DNA of 64,000 nt from Schmidtea polychroa. Its lineage: Eukaryota. The stretch spans positions 237,772,001 to 237,836,000 of the forward strand of contig CM097885.1 in the NCBI GenBank assembly GCA_044892525.1. The letters run 5' to 3'. Every line of letters begins with the position of its first letter. Position 1 is the stretch's first letter. The notes under the pieces were generated by a model. It ran no database searches. It saw nothing but the letters and a program-made list of their open reading frames with translations, and was not told where the DNA came from. A program made the position numbers and the translations under genes. Below are positions 48,391 to 60,366 of this stretch, one piece after another.

Positions 48391-49423
48391 TGTTATGTAA
48401 TAAAATAGTCATTTGTGGATAAAACACTATCAGAAATAATGTCTATCAATAACGCGTTATTAAAATATTTTTATTCATTAGAAATAATTTCAGTTATATA
48501 TCCTCCTCACTTATATTCCCTCGATTTTCCACTAATTAATATTTAATCACTTATATTCCTCATATTTCCCACTAATTATTATCACTTATATCCTCCCACA
48601 AATATTTCTTTTAAAAATATTTTTATTAAAGTGATAAACATGAAAATAAAAGCCAAGGTTAGTACTAATTGATTAGTACAAAAAGAAAAAGGAATTTTGA
48701 AATCAGGAAAAAAGGAAAACAACAATATTATTATCTCGACAGCCTGCCAGTGATAACGTAATTGCTGGAAGAAGGCGGTCAAACAAAAAAGAAAAAAGGA
48801 AAAATATCTCGATATCTGTCAGAGATAAGGCTGACATAGCGGAGAAGAAAATGGAAATAGGAAATCAAAATCTGTCGCCAGTGCCATAAACAAAATAACT
48901 ATATAAAGGAAAACTGGTGGACGAGAAATTAGAACAAAATTAGAACAAAAAGTAGAACGAAAACAGAATGAAATTGAGAACAAAATGAAACAAAATTAGA
49001 GACAAAAAGTAGAGCAAAATTAGAGACGAAAAGAGTTAAAAAGAAGAATCAAAACAGAGTGAAAAGAGAAGTGACGAGAATCTTTTATAAAATTGAATAT
49101 AAAGTAAAAGTGGAGTAAATAAATTGTGTGGTCAAAGCAAATTTGAACAATCGATCAACGTATCCTGTAATTGAGTAGTTGACGGCTAGTGATTATTGTT
49201 GTGATTACAGAAAGGGCTATTCTTCACGTAGTGTTAAAATAAGCTCTGTGTGATAAATTGGTTTATAGTTAATTGGTTGTAATTGAAATTTGTACAATTC
49301 CGTGTGGATATTAATAAAGCTTATTGTGTTCGAGAGTGTTGAATTGTGAATTAATAAACACGCTTTGGAGTCAGAGTAAAAGTTTGAATTTACAAATATT
49401 ATCACCAACTCAATAACCCAACA
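48391..49423 (+). mobile_element. 5' LTR (~1.03 kb) of a decayed Gypsy element
   Basis: TGTT...AACA ends; AATAAA at ~49353; followed by PBS and gag; the start matches the LTR fragment end at 13533. Confidence 0.8.
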
Positions 49424-49428
49424 TATTT

Positions 49429-49446
49429 TGGTGAGCCCGACGTGAT
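49429..49446 (+). promoter_or_regulatory. Primer binding site, tRNA-Trp
   Basis: TGGTGAGCCCGACGTGAT, one mismatch to the canonical Trp PBS TGGTGACCCCGACGTGAT. Confidence 0.85.
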
Positions 49447-49601
49447 CAAAAGTTGGTGAAAAGATTGTTAAAAAGAAAATTGTGAAAATAAAGTGTGTTA
49501 AATTGAAATTATTAAAGTGATTTTGAAAAGGTAATTTGTTTATAGTAATAATAATTTGAGATTTATATTTTGTGTAATTTGAAAAGAAACAATTTATTAA
49601 A

Positions 49602-50730
49602 GTGAACCGATATTATTTACGAAGCCAGGGTAAAAAGGAAGACATAATGAGCAGTAAAGATTTACCAGTTTCAGCTGTTAAAGAAAATAATGACTTTGCC
49701 AGTTGTCAAAGATTGCCTGTAGAGCAATATATAGGAGATCCAATTATATTTGTTTATTTTATGAGTGATTACTATATGTATGCAACGGCTTATGGATGGT
49801 CTCAAGCAATCATGATTCAAAGATTACCCTTATATCTTAAAGGAGCAGCTAAAGAGGTTTGGCAACAAATCGACAGGAAAACAATCAGCAATGATTAGGC
49901 CAAATTAAAAGATGCATTGGCCACTAGATTTATTGGAGGAGATATCAAGAGACTAATGCGTCAAAAAATTTTATATTAGAGTTCAAAATCCAAATGAAAC
50001 AGTGAGCGAATTTGCATATCATTTATCGACCCTTGCCAGCAAATCCTTTGAAGAAGATTCGAAACAACCAGGATTAGCCCAACAGATGCAGGAACTGATT
50101 CAAGACCAATTTTTGCCAGGAGTAAATAAAGAGATAAAGACGGCATTATGTTTTGTAGACTATGGCAATTTCGATGAACTATTTAAAAAGGCTATGAAAA
50201 TTGAATTGAATCTAAAGAGCTCTAAAAATAAATCTGAGGTATTTGCAATAATTCCAGTACAAAGAGAAAGATCAATAACCCCAGCTCAAGGCAATTGAGA
50301 ATCAGGAAATAGATTTCAACGATCAAAGAACCCATCACCTAAATGAAGAAACGATAATAATATGAACAGAGCAAGCCAAAATTCATCAGTTACTGAGAGA
50401 GCTAAAGTTATTCAGTGTGATGTTTGTAAGAAAATTGGCCATTATACAAATCAGTGTTGGCTTAAAAATAATTCTGAAAGAGTACCCAGGAGATTGAGTC
50501 CAGATTGGCGTAGAGATGATAGAGAAACGAATCTTCGGAGAGCAATACCTAATGTGAAGTCAAATTTTAATGAGGTACAGTGTTATCGCTGTGGTAGATG
50601 AGGACATGTTTCTAGAAATTGTTTTTCAAAATCAAGATCACCATCAACTTCACCATCCCCACAGAGGGACAATCTAAATTTAAATGGGCAAATTCAATGT
50701 CATTTGTGCTGAAATTCGGCATATTGCCGA
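49602..50730 (+). pseudogene. gag: Degenerate gag with CCHC knuckles, 3'-truncated
   Basis: LPLYLKGAAKEVW; CDVCKKIGHYTNQC; CYRCGR*GHVSRNC; stops and frameshifts. Confidence 0.85.
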
Positions 50731-51194
50731 ACAGAGAAGATCATAGTAGGGGAATTTTCCTTTTAGTCATTTAAAATAGGGGAATATATGATCTTTTACG
50801 AGTACTTATCGATAAAATACTAATCTTTAAATATTGATGTATTTCAAGGAAATTTTATGCTTTTTAGATGATTTTATTGGAAAATTCGCTAGGATATAAC
50901 AAATATTGTCATTTAAATGAATTTTCTGGTTTATTAGATGTTATCATTAGTTATCAGTCTCTTTTGGAATTAAATGATAATTATTTTTAGTGTAGATTGA
51001 TGACATTGATAATTGAAAGATTTGCATCTAAAATTAACATTGAAAAATTATTTTATTAAAATTTTCATTAAAAATTATCTTAAAAACATATATCATTAAA
51101 AATTACAATTCTCAAAAAGTTTGTGGTTATTCAATCTTTTAATTAATAAATTTAAAAATCTTACTTTAATTTACTGATTTAAAAATTATTACTT

Positions 51195-51385
51195 TAATTT
51201 AAAATTTTAGATCATTGATTACTTAATTTCAAAATTTAGACAATAATTTACTTTAATTTAAAAATTTAGATCATAACTTACTTTAATTCAAAAATTTAGA
51301 CCATTTACTGTAATTCAAAAATCTGAACCCATAATTTACTTTAATTCAAAATTTTAGACCATAATTTACTGTAATTCAAAAATTT
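51195..51385. repeat. ~30-bp tandem repeat
   Basis: AAAATTTAGACCATAATTTACTTTAATTC-like units, about six copies. Confidence 0.75.
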
Positions 51386-52018
51386 ACCACGTTTTTTTAG
51401 TGAAGACCACCTTTTTGTATTGAAAATATCCTGAGACCTTAAATTACTATGGCTTTTTTATTGAAAACCACATTTTTCTATTGAAAATCCCAGGACCAAG
51501 GTGACTCACAATAGTCATAGAAATCCTGGCTTTTTTCTATAGGCTCTTTATTTATATTGAAAAAAATATGAGTGGCCCAATGCAGCAATGGCTTTTTTTC
51601 TATAGGTCCCTTTATTTGTATTGAAAAAAATATGAGTGGCTCACTGCAGCAATTACGTAATCAAAAAAAGTAAAAAAAAACGAGTTGCAGCAAATTTTTT
51701 ACCCCCCCCCCCCCCCCCCAGGAGGGCTCATTGATGCAGGGGGCCACTAACTACCTACTGGCATCCGCCCATAAAAGTTTCCCCCGGAAAATATTCATTT
51801 TAAATTTTTTGATTTTTAATTAATATTTTTGTACTTTAAGTTATTATTGTGAATTTAATGTTTTTGTTTATTTGATCTTTAACATTTCAATAGTTTGTTT
51901 ACACTCATCGATCCATTCAAATTTTCTTTGATTACTTACACAGACACTTTCCAAAGGTTTGGCATATTTTGAATATTCTTGAATAAATTTCCTATAATAT
52001 CTTAGTTATCCTATAGAG

Positions 52019-52471
52019 CAGGGGTTAACAAAGTGCGGCCTGCGAGAACATTTTATGCGGCCAGCTGATTATTTTTTTGCTAAGTTTTAAAAACATAATT
52101 TGTTATTGTTCATTGTTGCTTTTGAAATTTTTTTGGCATTTTAAAAAATTTTGTCTTTGTAGAAAACCTCAAAAATAATTTTTTATATCAAAAGAAACAA
52201 TTATTAAAAATTTTTTTTATTGCATAAAAATTTTCTTTAATAAAAGTCATTTATAAAATAATCTTCATATTAATCAACGTTTAAAAATTAAAAATATTTT
52301 CTGTTGGTTATTTTAAAATAATATATGCAACTTATATTACTTTTTTTTATTTAAAAATTTTATGCCCAATGTCTTATACCGTTTTGAAACCCGGTGTGTG
52401 GCCCGAAAGTTATAATTTTGATTAATTCTTGAAGAATTTAGGCTTAAAGAGAAGAAGTTTGATAACCCCTG
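52019..52471. mobile_element. hAT-type MITE, 453 bp
   Basis: CAGGGGTTAACAAA / TTTGATAACCCCTG; perfect 8-bp TSD CTATAGAG. Confidence 0.93.
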
Positions 52472-52539
52472 CTATAGAGCATCTTAATTTCTTTAAGCAT
52501 TTTGGTCTGCCAAAATCTTTGTTTGCTTATATTTTATCT

Positions 52540-52990
52540 GAATCTGTATAAATGCCTTTTTATTAATAATGTGTTCAACCAATTTAATCTCGTCTTTAAA
52601 AACATTTTAATCAGTTTAATTTTAATTCCGCTTTCGGCAATTTTAAAAATATTTTTTCTCTTGTAATTATTAATAGTAATGTTTTTGAAAAAAGTAGGAT
52701 GTCGTCTGAATATACAACCATCATTTTCCAATTCAATTCTTAAAATATCTTGCTCATCAAATTTTTGAATATTCGGTTATTATTCTAAACGACATTATAT
52801 TATTGTTTAATATTGTTTGCTTTTAGCTGAAGATACTGTTTTACTTTTCGAAACATGTTCTAGTTCCACCTGATAATACGCACTTTCAAAATCAATTACT
52901 GAAAATTATTTTGGGCTACTTAATACATCCAGTAATTCATTCATAGTTGGCATGGAAATATATTCTTTAATGATTTTGTAAGTTTTCATA
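52540..52990 (-). pseudogene. Degenerate Gypsy RT relic
   Basis: Minus strand reads MPTMNELLDVL, VIDFESAYYQVEL and MVVYSDDIL. Confidence 0.7.
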
Positions 52991-53639
52991 TCTTTAATTT
53001 GCTCTTCAAAGAAAATGTAGAAAATTATTCAACACAATCATTTTAAGATTTTGTAAATCTGTCATTTGCATATCACATTTATGAGCAATAAAATATTGCT
53101 GTATTGTTTTGTTATTTTTGTTCTTCAAATAATACTTCCTGTATTTTAATGTCCACAAAATCCATAACAATATTTGGTCCTGTTGTTTTATTAATATTAT
53201 TTTCCTTTCTCTCTTTGTCAATAATTAAATGAATTCGAAAGGTCTCTAAGAGATTCCTGCAATCAGTACTTTATTTTTGTACCTCATGCGTATTGTATAA
53301 CTGAATATTTTTGCCTTTTATATCATGAATCTTTTTACGCTAATCACTCACACTACATATAGAGGATCATCATTTGCACATCTAACTTCAATTTTGGTCG
53401 TTTTTATTTTGTTGACCTAGAACACCTATCTTTGCTCATGTCAAATAAAACCTTTATCATCTACAATAGTTGGCTTGCTTCTCATTTCATCATATCTTAT
53501 AATCGACTATTATTATCGTACTTTTTTATTCATTTCTAACAATCTATAATTGCTTACTTCCTGTATAATATCATTAAGACTGTTACTTTTATTTATCAAA
53601 CTTAAATATTACACATTTTCTGTATTTATAATTACAGAC

Positions 53640-53790
53640 TTATTAATTATTATAGACAAAAATATTAATTATCATAGACAAAAATATTAATATTTATAGA
53701 CAAAAATATTATTATTTATAGACAAAAATATTAATAACCATAGACAAAAATAATAACACGCATCGACAAAAAAACAACTATAGACTAAAA
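53640..53790. repeat. ~22-bp tandem repeat upstream of the Tc1-like ORF
   Basis: ATAGACAAAAATATTAATTAT units. Confidence 0.8.
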
Positions 53791-53849
53791 ACATTCATTT
53801 AATGTGTAATACATTATGAATGCAGTTAAAATATAGATAAATATAGTTA

Positions 53850-54364
53850 ATGTCAATTATTATTGATTGGGGTGTATTATTACTATTTTCAATTAAAAAA
53901 AAACATCACATGACATTTCTACGCACAAACATTGAAAACTCTGAAACAAGCCAGGATGGTCCTAAAAGAAGAACAACAGTAACGGTAGAAACACTGAGAA
54001 ATATGCGTAACATGCTTTTACGGGGTAGAAAAGTCAAGAACATAACGGAAGATTTAAATCTTTCATCTAAAACTGTTTACAGGTGGATTGAAAGACTATC
54101 TTCATATACCGGTAGTAAAGCGGACCTGGGCACACTCATAAAACCACCGGGTCGCCAAAGAGCAGAATTGACAACCCAACAAGTGACACTGGCCGAAATT
54201 GTTGCAAATGATCCCAGTTTGACCCAACGCGGGATGTCACACTGCCTTGAAATACAAGGCATTCGTCTAAGTCAACCTACGATTTCAAATCATCTAAAGA
54301 AGCTGGAATTAACTAAAAAGCGACTAGTAAAGATTGTAGATCGAAAAAATTCCAGTCAAGTTAT
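53850..54364 (+). pseudogene. Tc1/IS630-type transposase N-terminus (two HTH), cut by an LTR insertion
   Basis: LNLSSKTVYRWI, PPGR, LSQPTISNHLKKLELTKKR; transposase-like sequence stops at TGTTGGG (54365). Confidence 0.75.
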
Positions 54365-56642
54365 TGTTGGGCTAGAACTGACTTCTAGACACAAATTTCT
54401 AATTGTGACCGAAATGTGTAGGTACACAGCATGCAAAAAGCAAAAAGTATAGTTAAATATTAAAAACTACACCAAATAACCAATAGTAATTAAAGGAAAA
54501 AACAACAAAAACCTAAAACACAGAAATTAAATAAAAATTATACAAAAACAAGAAGTTATGCAAAATCTAACTCAAAAATAACCAAATAAACATAGAATTA
54601 CAAAAAGAAAACTCGAATAACTTAAAAGACGATAAAAACAGTAAAAAGATTCCAGAAAAACCCAGAACATTCCATAAAATGGCGACGACCATCACAAAAG
54701 CCATTTAGAACAATAAAAGTTAGAAAAAATAAATAAATTAGTATTAAAAATAAAAAATCTTAAAAAGAAATTCATAGAACAGCAGTTAAAATGAAAATTG
54801 TATTAAAAAATAAAATAGAATGTTCTGGAACCGTTCCAAATCCATCATGGACGTAAAATTAACGAAAAATAACTAAAAAATAAAAATTTAAAAATAAAAA
54901 CAAAAATTATGGCACAAAAATCGCCACTAAAAATATCAAAATCACGAAATAGAAAATTCTGGAATAAAAAGAATTCGAGTTTGTTTTAATGCATCAATAC
55001 ATACACGTGTACAAAATAGGTATATATACCGACGCATTTTCGTCACAATTCAGATATTTTTGTATGCCAAAAGTTTTTACCGAACCTTCAAGCAGTATTG
55101 AAAGTAAGGATGATCGATTATATTTATTGTATAATTATTATTTTATGATATATTATATTGATTTTTGCCCTTTTTTTGTTATCATTTTACTATTACGTAA
55201 CAAGAGTGACCAGCGTCGTCGACGAGTTCGCGACGCTGATCAGCCTTGTTTCCAATGACTATTTTACATGCACGATACGGGTCTACGACCCCACATGCAC
55301 TAAATTTCATTTTTATTTTAACCGGAAGGTCGCCACGAACAAATGGTTTCTAACCAGGAGTAGGGCGGTAAATCCATCCAGGTAGTTGGCATAGTCGCAG
55401 GGACTATGCGGACGAAATAAAATGCGGGCAAGTAATCGCGGGAAACATATTACAATAAGGCCTATCGTACCGTATTCAGTTGAATCGGGAAAGTAGGAAA
55501 ATTTTAATTAATTCGACCTTCCGGTAACAACATATCTAAAATACACACTCAACTATTCCATAGGAATACATCATTAAGAAAATCTAAAATGGGAAATGTC
55601 CCAGACTTAAATCACTACAACGATTTTTAAGTAGTCGGCTAATTGCACAAACCATCCAATTATTTGGTATACCTAATGTTGAATATTGTTAATAAACTTT
55701 GTTGATATTATTGATAATTTTATTGATCAGAAAATTAGCACTCAATAACTTGAATCTAAGAAAATTTCAATGTTATAATCAATTAGTTTACCATGAGCTA
55801 TCGAATATTAATATCCAGATTATCGGGATGATAGACACTAACTCTTAAATGTATATGTACTGAAGTCCAGTTAATTTTTACAATCTATATTGACCCAAGC
55901 TTTTGTGAGTTTATAATCCATTGCGTTGTATCATTATCGCCTAATACTAATTAGATATCCTCAAATTATAAACCCATTTTATCGTATATTATAAAATTTT
56001 AAAATCCATTTTATTCTCAAACTGTAAAGTCATATATCCATTCTATTGTATTATTCCCATTCGATATTATTTATATATCAAAAATCCAAATCCATTTATT
56101 GTATAAACCATCATTTAAGATTACTTGGGTATCAAAAAATTTTAAATCCATTTTGCTGTAATATCATCACTTAGTAGTAATTAGATACCATCAAACCATA
56201 AATCCATTTTGTTGCATATTATAAAATTTTAACTCCATTTTGTCCTCAAACGGTAAAGTTGTATATCCATTTTATCGTATTATTCTCATTCAATATTATT
56301 TATATATCAAAAACCCAAATCCATTTATTGTATTAACTATCATTTAAGATTATTCACATATCATAAAATGTTAAATCCTTTTTATTGCATCATTATCACT
56401 TAATATTAACCAGATACCACCAAATTATAAATCCATTTTATTTTAAACTGTAAAGTCATATATCCATTTGATTGTATTATTCTCATCCAATATTATTTAT
56501 ATATCATAAAAACCCAAACCCTTGATACAGTACCAACGTTGATTGCTCAACGGGTATCAAGTGGTCAGCTATAAATTGTATCCTGGGTTACGCTGGAAAC
56601 AGCATGAGGAGGTAAAGATTTCTCAGTACCTGTAACCCACCA
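54365..56642 (+). repeat. 5' LTR (~2.3 kb)
   Basis: TGTTGGG...CCCACCA imperfect inverted ends; homologous to 1-4978 at both extremes; internal ~230-bp tandem repeats at ~55910-56510. Confidence 0.72.
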
Positions 56643-56650
56643 TGCAAATT

Positions 56651-56668
56651 TGGGGGCTCAGCCGGGAT
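56651..56668 (+). promoter_or_regulatory. Primer binding site, tRNA-Pro
   Basis: TGGGGGCTCAGCCGGGAT versus canonical Pro PBS TGGGGGCTCGTCCGGGAT. Confidence 0.85.
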
Positions 56669-57388
56669 AGGAACATCTTTTTGATGAAAGAAACCGCAAA
56701 AATATGTTATCGGGAAGCACAAATGGAAAGTTTATTGTTTTTCAAAATACAACAATCGTATGTATAGATACTGGTTTGATGAAAATGAATGCCTGATATG
56801 TGGAAACTAGTATGAGAAAAATGAATGTCTGATATACATATATATATAAACTAATATGATGCAAATGAATGTTGAATTTTTAAATAATGAATGAAAGTTT
56901 TCAAATTGAGCAAATATAGGAAGGTAATGAAATTCGATACTAGAATATTGTATGAATGACTTAAGGCGAAATGATTATAAATGAAAAACAAAATAAAAAA
57001 CAAAAATATAATAAAATTGTAAATACCAACGATTAAAAAATGTAAATAAATGAGATAAGAAAAATTTAAAAATAAGGAAAAAAGGGGGGATAGCACGCCA
57101 ACGAATATGAAATAAATGAACAATGTAATCAAAGTTAATTTAAAAAACGTGAGGAATATGATGGGATAAACGGGATATGGATTATATATAATAAAATGAA
57201 TATAATAAATAACTAAAATCATGGACAAGGGATTCGCACAGAAGAACAAATCAAGGGCGACATTATCTGAATAAAATCCAAAAATATGAATAATCATGAC
57301 ACCGGGGAAAGGGATAATAAGATTATTATTAAATGGGAAAAATAATGTGGGTTATTAATAAAATTTTAAATTAATAAATTGTAATTAG

Positions 57389-57871
57389 ATGGAATTAGCC
57401 GGCTACATTGTAAAGAAACTCGAGAACTTTGTTAATTTGACAAGCAATGCACTACAACGACTAAATCGAAAAGCAGACCAGTTATTAAAAATCCAAGATG
57501 AACTGAGCTTGAAACCAAGACCGCAAGCTGAGGAAGTATGTGTTATGATGAGAATAGCAACACCCAATGCGGAACTGACTACTGAAAGAGTTTACCAAAT
57601 CCAAAATTTACGATTGGATAATGCCAAGTTTAACATCAAATGGCAAGAGATAATGATAAAAATGGAAACAATCGAAGACTAAATCAGAGAAGCAATTGAA
57701 CACCAAGTTAAAGATTTTAGAAAATGCCTTATATGTAGAAACAACGAAATACGGGTAATGATGATACCCTGTGGTCATTTATGCTACTGCGAGAATTGCG
57801 CAGAAAAAGTAAAACGATGTAATGCATGCGATACGAACGTTCGAAAAAGAGTTGTAATATGGGAGATGTGA
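57389..57871 (+). pseudogene. Coiled-coil plus IAP-type RING ORF with one in-frame stop (57680-57682)
   Basis: Reading past the TAA gives CLICRNNEIRVMMIPCGHLCYCENCAEKVKRCNAC, then a stop at 57871. Confidence 0.85.
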
Positions 57872-60366
57872 GTGAATAAATGATAAAGAAGCGAGTTATG
57901 AATGAATAAGAAATGATAAAATAAATAATAAATTATGATAAAACTCTTATAGCAACCGAAAGGACAAAAAAGACGTTAAATAAATAGACAAGCAACATAA
58001 CAGTTAGTACAACAAAAATTAAAGTTGGAAGCAGGGCTGATTAAAGTCGTATAAATGAGCTGATCTATAAGATCGGTACGATTTCTATCTCCATTTTCTT
58101 TTCTTCCTGTTATTATTTTTGGCATAGAAAGATATGATGATAAGGGGATGATAAGTGCATCGTCCTTACGACACTTACCCGGATGGGGAAAACCTGATCA
58201 CCCTGACAGAAGAGTGTAGTAGGATCCATCGCAAATGTTGGGGAGTTTCTGTCGAGTGACTGATCACCACTTGTGGGAAATGAACCAACGCGATTATTAT
58301 ATTTTTTTTTGTCTGGGAGACTGGGACTAACTGAAAGGGTGAATAAAAATAGAAAAATAAAATAAAAATTGAAAAACGCTCGCTAAATGTTAAAAATTTA
58401 ATCCAAGAGCAGCTGCGGATTTGAAGAAACCGTTTTTGGACTTCAAATCGAATGAGGAGTAATGATTTTTCCCTAGCGAGTGATGAGGCACCCGAGTACA
58501 GCGGCTAACCACCGGACTGTAGTGTCCAGGAGATTATCAGCCAAGGGACTGATGATGCTGGATCACCCAATACAAAAACCCGGATACCACACCGAGTATT
58601 GGGCGCATTTTTTGTAGATGCTAGCGGGACTTGATACAAAAACCCGGACGGGTAGCGAGCGAGAGAGACCCAGTTACCTACACCGAGTATCAAGGAGCCA
58701 AGTGAAACGGTTGTGAGATGCGAGTCAACCGGTAAAGGACTCGTAATCAATAGGCAACCAAGATTGGACCAGTTGTGAGGCGGAGGACCGAAAGTCAACT
58801 GCATATCCAATTTCCTTTTATTTTCACTAGTCGGGAGATCTGGTTCATCACTTTTGAGAATCACGATCGAGGCGATTAGGCATTTCCGTGTTTTTTAAAT
58901 CCTGACAGATAGGATGTTTTTTCTTCGTGATTATTGCTAGCAGGGGTCGGTACAAAACCCGGATGCCCACACCGAGTACCGATAGGCCCAGTGAAACGGC
59001 GATGAGATTAGAGTTACCGGCATTAGACTCTTTTCAATAAGCGGCCAAGAATTGAGCCAGTTGTGAGGCCTCAGCAAATTGGGAATTTGAGTAAGAGGAG
59101 CCTTAAATTTTTGATTAGTCCGAAAGCCAACTGTCAACTCAATTTAATCGCGGTAGGGACGATAGTAGGTGTAAAAACCGAAGGCGTCGAGGGGTTGAAG
59201 AAACCTCATTTAGGGCATTTGAAACCGGTCAGGGACCGAAGACCGCGAATATGGCGTAATGGTGTAAAAGCCCAGGCGTCGAGGAGTCGTAAAAGACTTC
59301 AAATTATGATTAAACCGGCCGGAAGCCGATGCCGACGTGGAGGTCTAACAAACCAAAGCGTTGATGGGTAACAATGGATTATATAGCTTAACGGTGTAAA
59401 AGCACAGGCGTCTAGGAGTCGTAAAAGACTTCATGAGATTAAAATGAGTTGATTAAACCGGCCAGGGAGCCGATGGTAATTAAGTGAAATGATTTAAATG
59501 AAATAAGTGAGTTGAGTAAACCGGCCAGAGAGCCGATGGTAAATAAAGGTAGATGCAGAGGTCGCGCGAACCAAAGCATCGATGATTAAATATGAAATTG
59601 ATTAAATTGATATAGATTAAGTGCGACAAATATGTAATGAGTAAAGGAAAATTATGATAAAGCGCCGGCGCAAGAAAAAATGAAACCAGTTTTTGGATGG
59701 GGAAAAGCGAACGAATAGATATTAGTGAATTATTGAATTTTATTTATATGATTAATGATATGTTTCTTTTGAGATTTATATAATTGATATTATATTTAGT
59801 TAATGATTATAAAAGGGATAGATAATTGATGCGACTACATAGATCATTGATACGAGTTATAGATAATTTAAAATCGACTTAAAATAAAATGGGGTGAATA
59901 GCGAAAAGTGTAGGAAAGTTAGGAAATTCGAAGCGAAGGAACAGTAAAATAAAGGGAAAATGGGAAGTAAATGAAGGGTTTAATAAAGAGAATTTATGAT
60001 ATGTACTAGAAGTGTTAATTATTTTAGAATAAAGCAAACAATTCAGAAAGAAATCAAAGAAATCAAGAAAGCAATAGAAATCAAGCGATATAGAGGAATC
60101 AATCAAAAGCGAAGAATCAAGGAAATCAATAAAACCAAATTCAAGAGGAATTAGAGAATCGCAAAGATTAAAGCGAGACAATAATTAGAAACATCAAGCT
60201 CAGATCGACGAAGTAGAAAATTTATCAAAGGATATTAAAAGGAGGAAAAATTGATAATATAGCTAGTCGAACCAGACGAAAAAGTAAAGGAAACCTCAGT
60301 TTATTAAAAAAGGAAGAGATAGAAAGAGCCAAGAAAAACAGAAAACTACGCAAGAAACCAGCATCA

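Noticed and set aside
54365..54452. C-terminus of the Tc1-like ORF
   Set aside because: Read-through into the inserted LTR.
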